DNA from: Antedon mediterranea
Taxonomy: Eukaryota > Animalia > Echinodermata
NCBI RefSeq assembly: GCF_964355755.1
Contig: NC_092672.1
Coordinates: forward strand, 30,448,437 to 30,512,436
Direction: 5' to 3'
DNA length: 64,000 nt
The position numbers and the translations under genes were made by a program. The notes beneath the pieces were generated by a model. That model saw only the letters and a program-made list of their open reading frames with translations, was not told the origin of the DNA and made no database searches. Below are positions 50,881-62,957 of the stretch, one piece after another (position 1 is the stretch's first letter; each line of letters starts with the position of its first letter).

Positions 50881-51263
50881 AAGAAGTAAATGCTAATTTT
50901 AATGAAACTAAAACTATTAATTGTGACCCGATTCCCATGGCTGTATCGCCGCCACATAGGATAATGTTTGTCCAATACCATGTTAATAATACAGCATGTG
51001 TATCACATGGTGCCTGTGTATCATGTAGGCTAAAGATTATGTTATGGACTATGGACATGATATGATAATAGGGGGTACATGTGATCAATGTGACGCTTAC
51101 TGTAACCGTATTTTTGAATGCTACTGGACAGATTTATATAGAGTATACCGAGAATCTGGTATTATAATAAGTGTACCGTTCGCTGTTTTGTTTTATTTGT
51201 TCAAATATTCAATATTAAAAACGTTATTATCCCGGCGTATAGAAAAAAACTCTGGCCTTATTA

Positions 51264-51376
51264 TTGGTTCCCACTAGACGCATAACACAAGGACATACTT
51301 TGCGTTATGTCCAAGTGATTTGACCAATCACAAATGATGGATTATTCGAACTCGCTTCTCTAGTGGAAACCAAGCT
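51264..51376. mobile_element. MITE family B copy (internally deleted)
   Basis: ttggttcccactag...ctagtggaaaccaagct. Confidence 0.7.
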
Positions 51377-51793
51377 TTGACAACTGCATGCATACGATAA
51401 GAAATACCAAATTTACAAAGACTGATATAAAAAAATTAATCAAACTGAAATTAAAATAATATCAGTTAGGGAAACATAGTATTAATTATATTTATTTATT
51501 ATTTATACCATAATGCTTTAGTTTCATAAATTATACCATATAGAATATTCAAAATATACTACTGTACATTTATTGTACTAAAATATTGTTTGATCATCAT
51601 CGGAAAAAAGACTGTTCTCTTTTAAATTTGTTAAGTGTGAATCTTTAAATTTTGATTTAGGTGATTATAGACGTAGCCTACGCCATTATTGTTGGTGGTG
51701 GACTGGACTACACTCTTTACTATATACGTTTAATAAACAATTTACAATGTATTCTGTCTGAGAGTTAATGCCTACAAACAAGTGTTGATGTTA

Positions 51794-52168
51794 AGCCTAT
51801 TTTCCACTAGGCGAATTTGTTCGCGCGAATCGAAAGCGTCATGCTATGCACATGCGTATTCGAGTTTCTGTCTGTCATACTGCCTTCTTCGACGAATTCT
51901 ATTTCCTTTGATTTTTCGCTTCAGCGAAATTTACTAGTTCGAATTGTTTCTACTTTTTGCGAAGCGAAATATTGCGCAACCAATCAGAGTTCAGGAAATG
52001 AGATATGACGCTTTCATGAGCACTCATGCGAATCGAAATGCTCAGCAACCACGCGAAGAACATGAACGTCGCAGCTATTCGCTCATGTAGTGGAAAGATA
52101 GTAGGCGATTTGTTTCTCTTCGAAACGTTTGATTTGCGCGAACAAATTCGCCTAGTGAAAAATCGGCT
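51794..52168. mobile_element. MITE family C, long form with TTA TSD
   Basis: tta|agcctattttccactaggcgaatttgttcgcgc ... gcgcgaacaaattcgcctagtgaaaaatcggct|tta. Confidence 0.85.
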
Positions 52169-53469
52169 TTAATGGAATGGATGGAAGGAAGGAAAGAATA
52201 AAAAATGTCAAAACAAGATTTACTGTATGCAGGTGGATGGTGACAAGAAGGATGAAGACCGAAAAGGATGGCTGACATAGAGATGTGACTTAAAGACAGC
52301 TCAGCCTTGAGTGCGATGGTCAGGCTGTTGAGACTCATCACTGGTTTCGACGAAACTGGCCATCATCGCCGCTTAGCTTCCGCACCGTTTTCCTCCAAAA
52401 CGTTCACTTTCCTACTAGACGTACTGTATCTGACCGTTTGCATTATCAATTATAAGTATAATAATATCAAAAAGACAACACTCCCATTCCCGCTCAAAAG
52501 GGTCGACACGAGTGGGCTCTTTATTATTTTAATTGACATTTATTTTGTTGACAAACCTTTCATGCATATCCTCTTCATTTCCATTTTATCTCTTTTATGT
52601 GTGTTTAGGTGTAGAAAAATCGGCTGACATCCGTTCTGAATTGCTGATATGTTTCAGTACATGTGTTAGCATGGCCCAAAAAGTATACTGATAACTTGCA
52701 TAAAATATAGGCTGTACAAATACAATAGTAATTTACTCGTGATAGCAACGTTCAAAGGTTGACATTGTTTTTGTATTTCTCTCTCTGACGTTGACGAAGT
52801 TCGATTAGTCGTCTCTCGAAGTTCGTGCTTTAAGTTAGTCCTCATCATCAATTTTCACTGAGCATAATACTAACGTAAGTTACTTGATTTATACTATTTT
52901 TTTAACACATTGTAGACCTAGGCGTAACTACATATGTTGTAAATTTGTAAACAGATCTAGTCAAGTTCAGTTAGGAAATATTAGGTTGACTTTGTTTTAC
53001 AATTGTTGTATTATTACATCTGCTGCAGCCTTTAAAAAAACATGTTCATTTTAGTATTAGCATTGAGTATTAAGAAATGTTTATAGCTGATGGTTTGTCA
53101 TGAAATTAGTTAATTAAAAACGGTCAATTCTTCCTTTAATTCAGTTTCGACTGTTTTTGTATACTTTTTTGTCTTAGGCATATATACTACTATAACAGTA
53201 GGCCTAGGCCTAGCATCTATAGATTACACATAACACACCACGTTGATTTGCGAAAAAGGCATTCTGCTAAAAGTAACCCTTTAAGTAATAGTGTGGGCAT
53301 GTAACTAAAATGTAATTGACCGACAAATTAAATCAAACTGCTGTTAGTATCTGTGTAGTTGTTGTTGCTGTTAAAGCCGGCATTTGGAGAGGATAGTGAA
53401 TTCCCTTAGTGCACTCATTCATCTCCTGCAACTCTTTGCATCTTTTCTTCATTATTTTGATTACTTAGC

Positions 53470-54927
53470 ATGATGTCAAGTAAATCTGATGCACCAGCGT
53501 ATACTGATTATCCACCACCAGCTACTGGAGTGTGGTCGAATAATCAAGGCCAAACTACATTCAACTCTACAAACGAAAGTCACAATGACAATGTGTCGCT
53601 TATCAAAATCGACAAGTTTAAGGAAACACCATCAAATTATCAGCCAACAGATAATATCTGGAATTCAAGAAATGAGGTTATACATGCAATGGATTATCAA
53701 CAGGTGTGTGGTAATAACATTAGTAATGCATCATCACAGCACATGGAAATCGACGCGCGCGTAAATTATAATGCTTGTTAAACGCACATGTAAAAGTATG
53801 TATGTGTAGTTCATGAAGTTAAGGCATCATGTGTGTTTATTTGTTTTTTAGGTTCATTTTGAAGATGTCATGAAACAACCAAATTCTCCACTCACAATTC
53901 CAGGAATAAATACATTCTTTTCTCTAGCCTTTACTTATACTCAGGTAAGAGAAAACCCCATTAATATGGTTGGCTTCGATAGATTTCAATTTAAGAAAAC
54001 TTTCGCAAACTTCATATGTTATCATTTTAGGCCTACCGATATCAATGCAATTTTCAAAAGAAAACAGATGCTTTCTTTTATTTTTTTAAAATATGAAAAT
54101 AATGGTCGCAGCGATGTATTGACGCAAAGTGCTGTATTGCGTAATCACAGGTGGAAACCGACGACGCAACAGCGCTGCAAACATCGCAAACATCGCAGGT
54201 TTGATTTCACGCAGGCGGGGGCAAACAGAATTATTGAAAGGGCATTTTCTTACTTTGCGTCGGTTGCGTCGCTAGTGGGAACCAAGCTTTAAGGTTCGAG
54301 AATATCAACTTGTTTCCAACGGGGTCCAAATAGATATCTGGGAGACAAAGATTAACAATACAATAGAACGCAACGCAGCGACGTATTGACGCAAAGTGCT
54401 GTATTGCGTAATCACAAGTGGGAACCGACGACGCAATAGTGCTGCAAGAATCGCAGGTTTGATTTAACGCAGACGGGAGAAAACACAATTATTAGAAGGG
54501 AATTTTCTTACGTTTCGTAGATTGCGTCGCTAGTGGGAACAAAACTTTACATTAAATGATAATGCAAATAATTTCATTCTTAGGCCTACATATACTTTGC
54601 TCTTGATGTAATAACAAATATTATTATTTCTAGGCTGCTATATACACAATGCTAACTCTGATAACTGGAATCATCTTCACAGTAGTCTGGGGCATAGTCT
54701 TCGCCGTCACCTCTTACGTCACTATTTGGGTATTAAAACCTGTACTACGACTTATTTTGGATATTGTAACTCCAATTGGTGCGATTAACCGATTTTTTGT
54801 GCGCACGTTCCTAGATCCAATGTTCGGGTCAATTGGTCAGATGTTTGCCTACTTACGTGGTCAATTTGGTTTGAACGTTAGTGGCATTTCACGAGAACCA
54901 ACTAGAGCGTCTGTTCAGAATGTTTAA
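53470..54927 (+). CDS. Caveolin family protein (divergent), 3 coding exons, ~206 aa
   Basis: Exons 53470-53703 (alternative same-phase donor at 53760), 53852-53944, 54634-54927. Signature-like VHFEDVMKQP, hydrophobic hairpin (TLITGIIFTVVWGIVFAVTSYVTIWVLKP) and C-terminal FLDPMFGSIGQMF align with caveolin FEDVIAEP, WGIYFA..FLHIW..P and DPLFEAVGKIF. An acceptor lies just before the ATG, with a probable 5'UTR intron at 52875-53468. Confidence 0.88.
54110..54547. mobile_element. Two MITE family B-related long-variant copies in caveolin intron 2
   Basis: Direct repeats ending gcgtcgctagtgggaac(c/a)aa, homologous to 39436-39771. Confidence 0.7.
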
Positions 54928-55690
54928 GTAAGCCAATCAAACATATTGTCTTTGTTTAAGAAACAAATTGAAATGTTGCGTAAATATAATCCGCCATAAA
55001 TATCCAATGTATAAATATATATTAGTATATCATTCATAATAATATCTTTAATTTTTTTTTCATTTCATTTCATTTATTTCAAATATCTTCATCGCAGCCA
55101 AAGCTGAATTACAAGGATATTTATATATTCTAAATATAAAAATGTGTATAAAAGTATAAACCAATGGTAATTATATATATAAAAGGATAAAATTGACACC
55201 TAAAAAACTATACAGGAAAAGAAAACTGTACTGTACTGTACAAACTTATAGCATAGATTACGCCTTCTATCAGATAACGTGTCTAGAGAAAGATCATTGA
55301 GTGCTTGGTCATAACATATGTAATCATTACACAGTATTCTTCTACAAGTCCTTTTTTAGACAGAATGAATGAACCAGCTGGATGAGCAAAGGTTGAACTT
55401 TCAGTAAAACGTATGGCCAACAAATTAATTACTAACATGCATAGTTGTTATATTATATAAATTAATATTATTAATACAAATAACATCTTTATTGTTCTAA
55501 ATTTGGAAAAATCGTTTAGTATTTTGATAAATAATATTGAAGCATTTATTACTACAATTTACTTGACATTCTGTATTACAAAAGTAAGATAGTGAATACG
55601 TATAAAATACGAAATAAAAATTAATGTTGATCTTTGATGTGTTTGTTTTACTTTAAATTCTTACGAAGAAATTGTAAGTTTGAAGTGTTA

Positions 55691-55817
55691 AGCCTTGTCT
55701 ACACTATCACATTATGTGGACATGATGATGTCATATCACTACCATGTGTGAGTATATCAATACCCGTATTTGGGCAAATCACACTCTTTTGTCACATAAA
55801 GTTTGATATTGTAGACT
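55691..55817. mobile_element. MITE family A copy
   Basis: TIR remnants and family core. Confidence 0.75.
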
Positions 55818-55992
55818 AAGGCTATGACTTTACATGCATGCATAGTAATTATTTTTATGCCTTAAAGGACAACTAGACCGAGGACCACATTTTTACAACG
55901 TATTAGAGATGTACATATGATTTCAGAACAATCGCGAGATTAAGGATATTGCCGTACAGTCGTCCGTCGCCGTAAATTACTGAGACGTCACA

Positions 55993-56153
55993 GGTGCATC
56001 GCAAAATTTACGTCATGAGTTTTCTGGCAAAGTTTGGCAATTCACGAAAATTTCTAGTAAACACACTGTAAATAAATCGTAAAATATAAATGTTGATTAT
56101 TTTATTAATTGTTTTGCTTATCTGGACTCATTAAGTAGATTTTGCGATGCACC
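55993..56153. mobile_element. Small inverted-repeat element
   Basis: ggtgcatcgcaaaatttacgtcatgagt and actcattaagtagattttgcgatgcacc. Confidence 0.55.
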
Positions 56154-57246
56154 GTACCAATGAGTGTTACAGTAATGCGCAGTCATCATTTTTATGACCT
56201 AAAATTTGTGTTTTCATTTTCAATTAAGTCTTGATATTGTGTGTTGTTTGCAATCTGGTAATTACCAACCGATTCTCACACTGTACACTGTTTCAAAGAA
56301 AATACATTTCAAGGCAATTTATTGGAGAAAACACTACAGATTCCCGCATTTTTTTCTCTCTAGACATAGTACGAGTACAGGGTGATACCGCACTATCTTT
56401 TGTAGTTGTTCTATGAATGTTTTATTCACCGAATCTATTCAACAAGCTGTCATACTGTATTCTATACATAATTTTTGAAAATCACATGACTATTTGACAC
56501 AGCTGAATTAATTTTTTTTTATAAAATTTGGAATAAAATAACATTTCTTTTTATCTACAAAATAGTTACTCGACATACTATGGTAAACATTGGTTGATCT
56601 TCCTGCCTATCAATATGTAAATAAAAGGTTTTTTTTATTGAGCTTCACTGTTTACAAAGCTGTGCATCCAGATCTTAAAAAGATAGCAGTCACATAAAAG
56701 ATATAACGTCCTATAAACTTTCTCGTGACAAAGTTTAAAGTTCGAAATGTTGATACGCAAATACATTACATAGCAGCAGCAATTCGTTTATCGTACATTT
56801 TTAAGTTGATGTAAGTGTTATCTACCCATGGCGGTTATTCCACCATGGTTTCTGTATAAAGTATAAAGCAATACAATAGTTTTTTAAGATAATTTTGTAA
56901 TTTGAACAGTCGAATATTGTAAACAGATCATCATCGTGACATGGCTTTCTCTTTCTCTCTAGTCTATAGGCCAGTTGTGTTTACAGTTTGTATATGGATT
57001 GTACACAATAGTGAATGTCGTCACTTTGGGACAATAACCGTTTAGGTCTAATCTTAAAAGAAAACTTGGCTAAGTGCCGGTACAAGTACAGCCCAACTCG
57101 GAAGTCACTGACCAAAGGGCGAGAGAATAAACAATTGAAGAGAACAGCAACCACCTCACACTTACACACTTCCATCCCCATCCCCACCCTCATTGTCAAA
57201 TGATATCTGGAATTCAAGAAGTGATGCTTTAAATAGTTAAATACGA

Positions 57247-57396
57247 TGTCATATAAACAGGTTTGTTGGAGTTCATTCATTCATTATTCAATAGTATATA
57301 CTATTGAATAATGAATGAATTAATTCATTATTCAATAGTATATACTATTGAATAATGAATGAATTAATGAACTCCAACCAACCTGTTTATATGACA
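57247..57396. repeat. Nested palindrome (outer inverted repeat enclosing two tandem 38-bp perfect palindromes)
   Basis: tgtcatataaacaggtttgttggagttcatt ... aatgaactccaaccaacctgtttatatgaca flank two copies of attcattattcaatagtatatactattgaataatgaat. Confidence 0.9.
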
Positions 57397-57409
57397 AACA
57401 CAAACACAT

Positions 57410-59180
57410 AACGTTCAGCTAACGTTATATTTTGGTTAGCGTTTGGTTAGGTTTACTACGAACGTTCGTATAACATTCAAATAACGTTCATTCACAGAAT
57501 ATTTTTTTCATAACATCGTTTAAACGTTATAAGAACGTTCAGAATAACATTCAAAATATGTTATTTACATAACATTGATGATAACATTTTCCTAACGTTA
57601 TAAGAACGTTCAAAATAACGTTAAAAATGATATTTATATAACGTTATTAGTAACATCTATCTAACGTTATAAGAACGTTCAAAATAACATTCAAAATATG
57701 TTATTTACCTAACATTGATGGTAACATTTTCCTAACGTTAGAAGAACGTTCAAAATAACGTTGAAAATGATATTTACATAACGTTATTGGTAATATCTAC
57801 CTAACGTTAAAAGAACGTTCGGAATAACATTCAACATATGTTTTTTACATAACATTAATGATAACATTTTCCTAACGTTAGAAGAACGTTCAAAATAACG
57901 TTAAAAATGATGTTTACATAACTTTATAGGTAACATCTCCCTAACGTTATAAGAACGTTCAGTATAACATTCAAAATATGTTATTTATATTATAGCATTA
58001 ATGATAACATTTTCCTAACGTTAGAAGAACGTTCAAAATAATGTTAAAAATTATATTTACATAACGTTATTAATAATATCTACCTAATATGTTATAAGAA
58101 CATTCGGAATAACATTCACAATATTTTATTTACATAACATTATTAATAACATTTTCCTAACGTTATAAGAATGTTCAAAATAACGTTAAAATTATAATTA
58201 CATAATGTTATTAACAAAATCTACCAAACGTTATAAGAACGTTCGGAATAGCATTCAAAATATGTTATTTACCTAACCTTATTAATAACATTTTCCTAAC
58301 GTTAAAAGAACGTTCAAAATAATGTTAAAAATGATATCTAGATAACGTTATTGATAACATCTACTTATCTTTATATAAGAACGTTCGGAAAAACATTAAA
58401 ATAGGTAATTTACATAACATTATTGATAACATTTACTTAACGTTATAAAACCGTTCAAAATAACGTTAAAAACGATGTTTACATAACTTTATAGGTAACA
58501 TCTACCTAACGTTATAGGAACGTTCAGAATAACATTCAAAATATGTTATTTACATAACATTAACGATAACATTTTCCTAACGTTAACAATTATATTTACA
58601 TAAATTTAGTAATAACATCTACCTAAAGCTATAAGAACGTTCGGAATAACATTCACAATATGAATAACATTAATAATAATATTTTCCTAACGTTATAAGA
58701 ATTTTCAAAATAAAGTTAAAAATATAATTACATAATACATATTAATAACATCTACCTAACGTTATAAGAACGTTCGGAATAACATTTAAAACATGTTATT
58801 TTCCTAACCTTATTAATAACATTTTCCTAACGTTATAAGAACGTTCCAAATAATGTTAAAAATGATATTTACATAACGTTATTGATAACATCTACCTAAC
58901 TTTATAAGAAAGTTCGGAACAACATTAAAATAGGTTATTTACATAACATTATTGATAACATTTTCGTAACGTTAATAGAACATTAAAAATAACGTTAAAA
59001 ATTATATTTACATAACTTTATAGGTAACATCTATCTAACGTTATAAGAACGTTCAGTATAATATTAAATAAATGTTATTTACATAACATTATTGATATCA
59101 ATTACCTAACGTTATAAAAACGTTCAAAATAACGTTACAATTATAATTACATAATGCTAATAATAACATCTACCTAACGT
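57410..59180. repeat. AT-rich satellite with a 140-bp dimeric unit (71+69 bp), ~12 copies; resumes at ~62524-62680
   Basis: aagaacgttc recurs at 57531, 57602, 57671, 57742, 57811 (alternating 71/69 spacing). The array is rich in TAACGTTA. Confidence 0.92.
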
Positions 59181-62100
59181 TCTCTCCAAGGACCTTTGCC
59201 AACAACTAGTTCAATCGCTCGTGCTGTCACATATTGATTACGCCAATGCATTGTAGTTTTTTATTTTTTTTTTATTTTATTTCATCATCACCCTACAGTG
59301 ACCAAACGTCACCATTAACAGGGCTGAAAGTCGTAAAATATAACATATAATATACAAGCAAAAATCTACCTGCTAATACCCTTGCTCCAATGAAGAGGTT
59401 ACTGCTCCAAGCTGCGAAAATTGTCAGGAAAGGTCGGTATGACAGTGCAACTAACGCCATGCGATCCTTGCACTGGCTTCCGATGTCTCATAGATGTCAA
59501 TTCAAAATAGCGTGTCTTGTATGGCGTTCGCTTAATAGTCCATGGGATTTAGACTTTTAACTCACACAAATTGCAAGAAAAGGTTTTTTTGATGAAATGT
59601 GTTCTTTAGACCCTACTGAAGACATTTATCAATGTTAGGACATTTTTCGACAACGGGAAGTAGCCTAATTTGCATAATTAAAAATGGCGGCCATTTTTGA
59701 TAACGTACTATGTATCTTGGAAACCGCTAGTCACAGATACTTAATTATGGTGTTAAAATCGTTAGAATATATGTATTTATATTCACTTTAATGAAAAAGT
59801 TTGTCCAAAAATGAATGGAAGTGCTTTTTCTAACATTATTGACCTTTGACCTTGATTTATCATATCTCAGCAACCACTAATCGGAGCTATACAAATTAGG
59901 GCTTAAATTGTTCAGAAACTACACATTTATATCCAGTCTAATGGCATGTTTTTGCAAAAAATGGCGGATTCTAACATTATTGACCTTTGACCTTGGTTTA
60001 TCATATCTCAGCAACCACTAATCGGAGATATACAAATTAGGGCTTAAATTGTTCAGAAACTACACATTTATATCCAGTCTAATGGCATGTTTTTGCAAAA
60101 AATGGCCGATTCTAACATTATTGACCTTTGAACTTTACACTACATAAAATCGCATAACTTTGAAAATATTGTAAATATGAAATTATTTTTAGTGTCAAAT
60201 TGTTCAGAACATACATGTTTCTATAGAGTCCAATAACACATTATGTACAATAATGGCCTATTGTATGGTTATTAACATTTGAACGATATTTGAAAAGGAT
60301 TTAAACCCGGAATCTTCTTTATATGGACATCCATTAGAACATGTGATTTGGCACTCTAAAATGTAAGAGTTGCAACGTTGACTTATTATGTTTAGTTTAA
60401 AGTAGGCCATTGGTACATTAAATTTATAAGCATAAACTATTGCATTCATAAACTGCCTACAAGTTTACACGTTTGTTTATTTTATTTCTTATCGTCTTCG
60501 CAGCTGAAGCTGAATTACAAGATAATTATATTAAAAGAATTAAAATTGATGGTTAAAAATGGTAAAAATTAAACCACATAGAAACATGGTACATACACAA
60601 TACATTCACGTAAAAAAAGTACAAAAACAAATTATAAAAGGTTAAAAACTATACACCACTAGTAGTCATACTGTATAATAATGGTTTATATTGAAATAAT
60701 AAATAAATTCCATAAGAAACTGAGGTTTTTACTGTATACGGCAAAAATATTGCAAGTGGTGGTCAGCCTAATTATGAGTCTCGATAGCCAATTTAAACTA
60801 AACTAAATATGTTGCATTAATATCGATCTTTTAAAATTCCAGTTGTCAACAATTCGTCTAGTAGTAGAAAAGGCCTTCTTAATAAGACTATGTTTCAACC
60901 TAAAAGAATGCCCTCAAGAGTGATGCTATCCTTAACACAAAATATAAACCAGGGAGTTGTTATTAGACAACTCCCTGTATAAACTAAATAATCTTTAGAA
61001 ATTTGTTTGTTGAATATGCCATTTAATGCCAATTTAATTTGACCGAAAAATAAATTACTAATTTGAAAAAAAACTTTAATAAACCTGCAAAATGACATGG
61101 CCTATTTAAAGTATGTACAATATATCATAAAAAAACGACATCTTTGTTGGCTCTGTTAATAGTGTGAACACCAACTTTCTCCTGAGTAAGATGTAAGACC
61201 TAATTTAAAATTTATTAATAATCCAAACCTATAATGTATGTATACATAGTCTAATATTTTTTTTAAAGTGAATATTTTCAGTAACTAAATTAAATCAACT
61301 GGTTACATGCACTTTAAATTACCACCATATTCTAAACAACAAGTACGGTAGTGCCCAATCACATGTTCTAATGAATGCCTACATGAAGAAGATTCCGGGT
61401 TTAAATCCTTTTCAAATATAGTTCAAATGTTAATAACCATACAATAGGCCATTATTGGACAAAATGTGTCATTGGACTCTATAGAAACATGTATGTTTTG
61501 AACAATTTGACACTAAAAATAATTTCATATGTACAATATTTTCAAAGTTATGCGATTTTATGTAGTGTAAAGTTCAAAGGTCAATAATGTTAGAATCGGC
61601 CATTTTTTGCAAAAACATGCCATTAGACTAAATATAAATGTGTAGTTTCTGAACATTTTGAGCCATATTTTGTGTCTCTCCTATTAGTGGTTGCTAAGAT
61701 ATGATAACTTAAGGTCAAAGGTCAATAATGTTAGAATCCGCCATTTTTTGCAAAAACATGCCATTAGACTGGATATGAATGTGTAGTTTCTGAACAATTT
61801 AAGCCCTAATTTGTATATCTCCGATTAGTGGTTGCTGAGATATGATAAATCAAGGTCAAAGGTCAATAATGTTAGAAAAAGCACTTCCATTCATTTTTGG
61901 ACAAACTTTTTCATTAAAGTGAATATAAATACATATATTCTAACGATTTTAACACCATAATTAAGTATCTGTGACTAGCGGTTTCCAAGATACATAGTAC
62001 GTTATTAAAAATGGCCGCCATTTTTAATTATGCAAATTAGGCTACTTCCCGTTGTCGAAAAATGTCCTAACGTTGATAAATGTCTTCAGTAGGGTCTAAA

Positions 62101-62523
62101 GAACACATTTCATCAAAAAAACCTTTTCTTGCAATTTGTGTGAGAAAAGGGTCATTTTTTAGCTAAATCCCATGGACTATAAAGGTTCCGCTCCAAGTTA
62201 CCTGAGAGATATTCTTACTGTGCGGAATATTTCTCGCAGGCAGTACTCGTTCAAGCACCAGCAATTATAACCTGACAATCCCACGAACTAAACGAAAGAC
62301 ATTTGCTGACCGTTCGTTCGCCGTAGCAGGACCCAAAATTTGGAACAGATTACCAAGTCACATTAAACACTTAGACGACTATAATCAGTTTAAAAAACAT
62401 TTAAAAGCACTATATTTCAAACAATGTTACGATACTAATTGATGTGAAGCGCCGCTGATTATAACTAAATGTTGTATAAATGTGCGCTATACAAGTAATA
62501 ATAATAATAATAATAATAATAAC
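59181..62523 (+). mobile_element. 5'-truncated L2-like LINE split by two younger insertions
   Basis: LVQSLVLSHIDYANAL | NLP...RSLHWLPMSHRCQFKIACLVWRSL | KGSAPSYL...FADRSFAVAGPKIWNRLP...FKKHLK, an L2-type 3' end and a (TAA)n tail. Confidence 0.88.
59536..62179. mobile_element. Fold-back non-autonomous DNA transposon with ~820-bp TIRs (Academ-like)
   Basis: TAA|tagtccatgggatttag ... ctaaatcccatggacta|TAA. Removing it restores the L2 reading frame. Arms are ~59536-60355 and ~61350-62179 with 141-bp subrepeats. TAG..CTA ends with a 3-bp TSD fit Academ as recalled. Confidence 0.85.
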
Positions 62524-62957
62524 GTGGGGAATAATGTTAACAACTATACTTTCCATAAAGTTATTGATAACATCTACCTAACTTTATAAGAAAGTTCTGA
62601 AAAATATTCAAAAATTTTATTTACATAACGTTTTTGATGCCATTTTCCTAACGTTGTAAGAACATACAAGATAACGTTTACAATTACCACAGTAATTACA
62701 ATTAACACAGCCAAAGAAATAGGATTTCTACGGTAGTTCTTTTATCAGACAAATTGCTTACACAAACACGTTTCTGGAAGGTAGGTTATTTTATATCTAT
62801 GAATACGTCATTAATTGTAAAATAGTAAATTAAAGACGTAAATGACGACGGTATATATACTAGAGCACACATTAGGCTAGTACAGGTTTGTTATACAGAA
62901 ACGTATTATGATGAGCATATGTTTTGGGAGTTAGGAATCCTTTCTTAACAACAACAT

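Noticed and set aside
53870-54488. 140-aa and 85-aa ORFs in the caveolin locus
   Set aside because: They are exon 2 read-through into the intron and MITE-derived sequence.
55861-56412. Another Kolobok-like element starting ttaa-aggacaacta
   Set aside because: The right end is only a partial match (tagttgttct) with no TTAA, so boundaries are unsupported.
57410-59180. Regularly spaced repeats resembling a CRISPR array
   Set aside because: The intervening sequences are themselves repeated rather than unique spacers, there are no cas genes, and the context is eukaryotic. It is a satellite.
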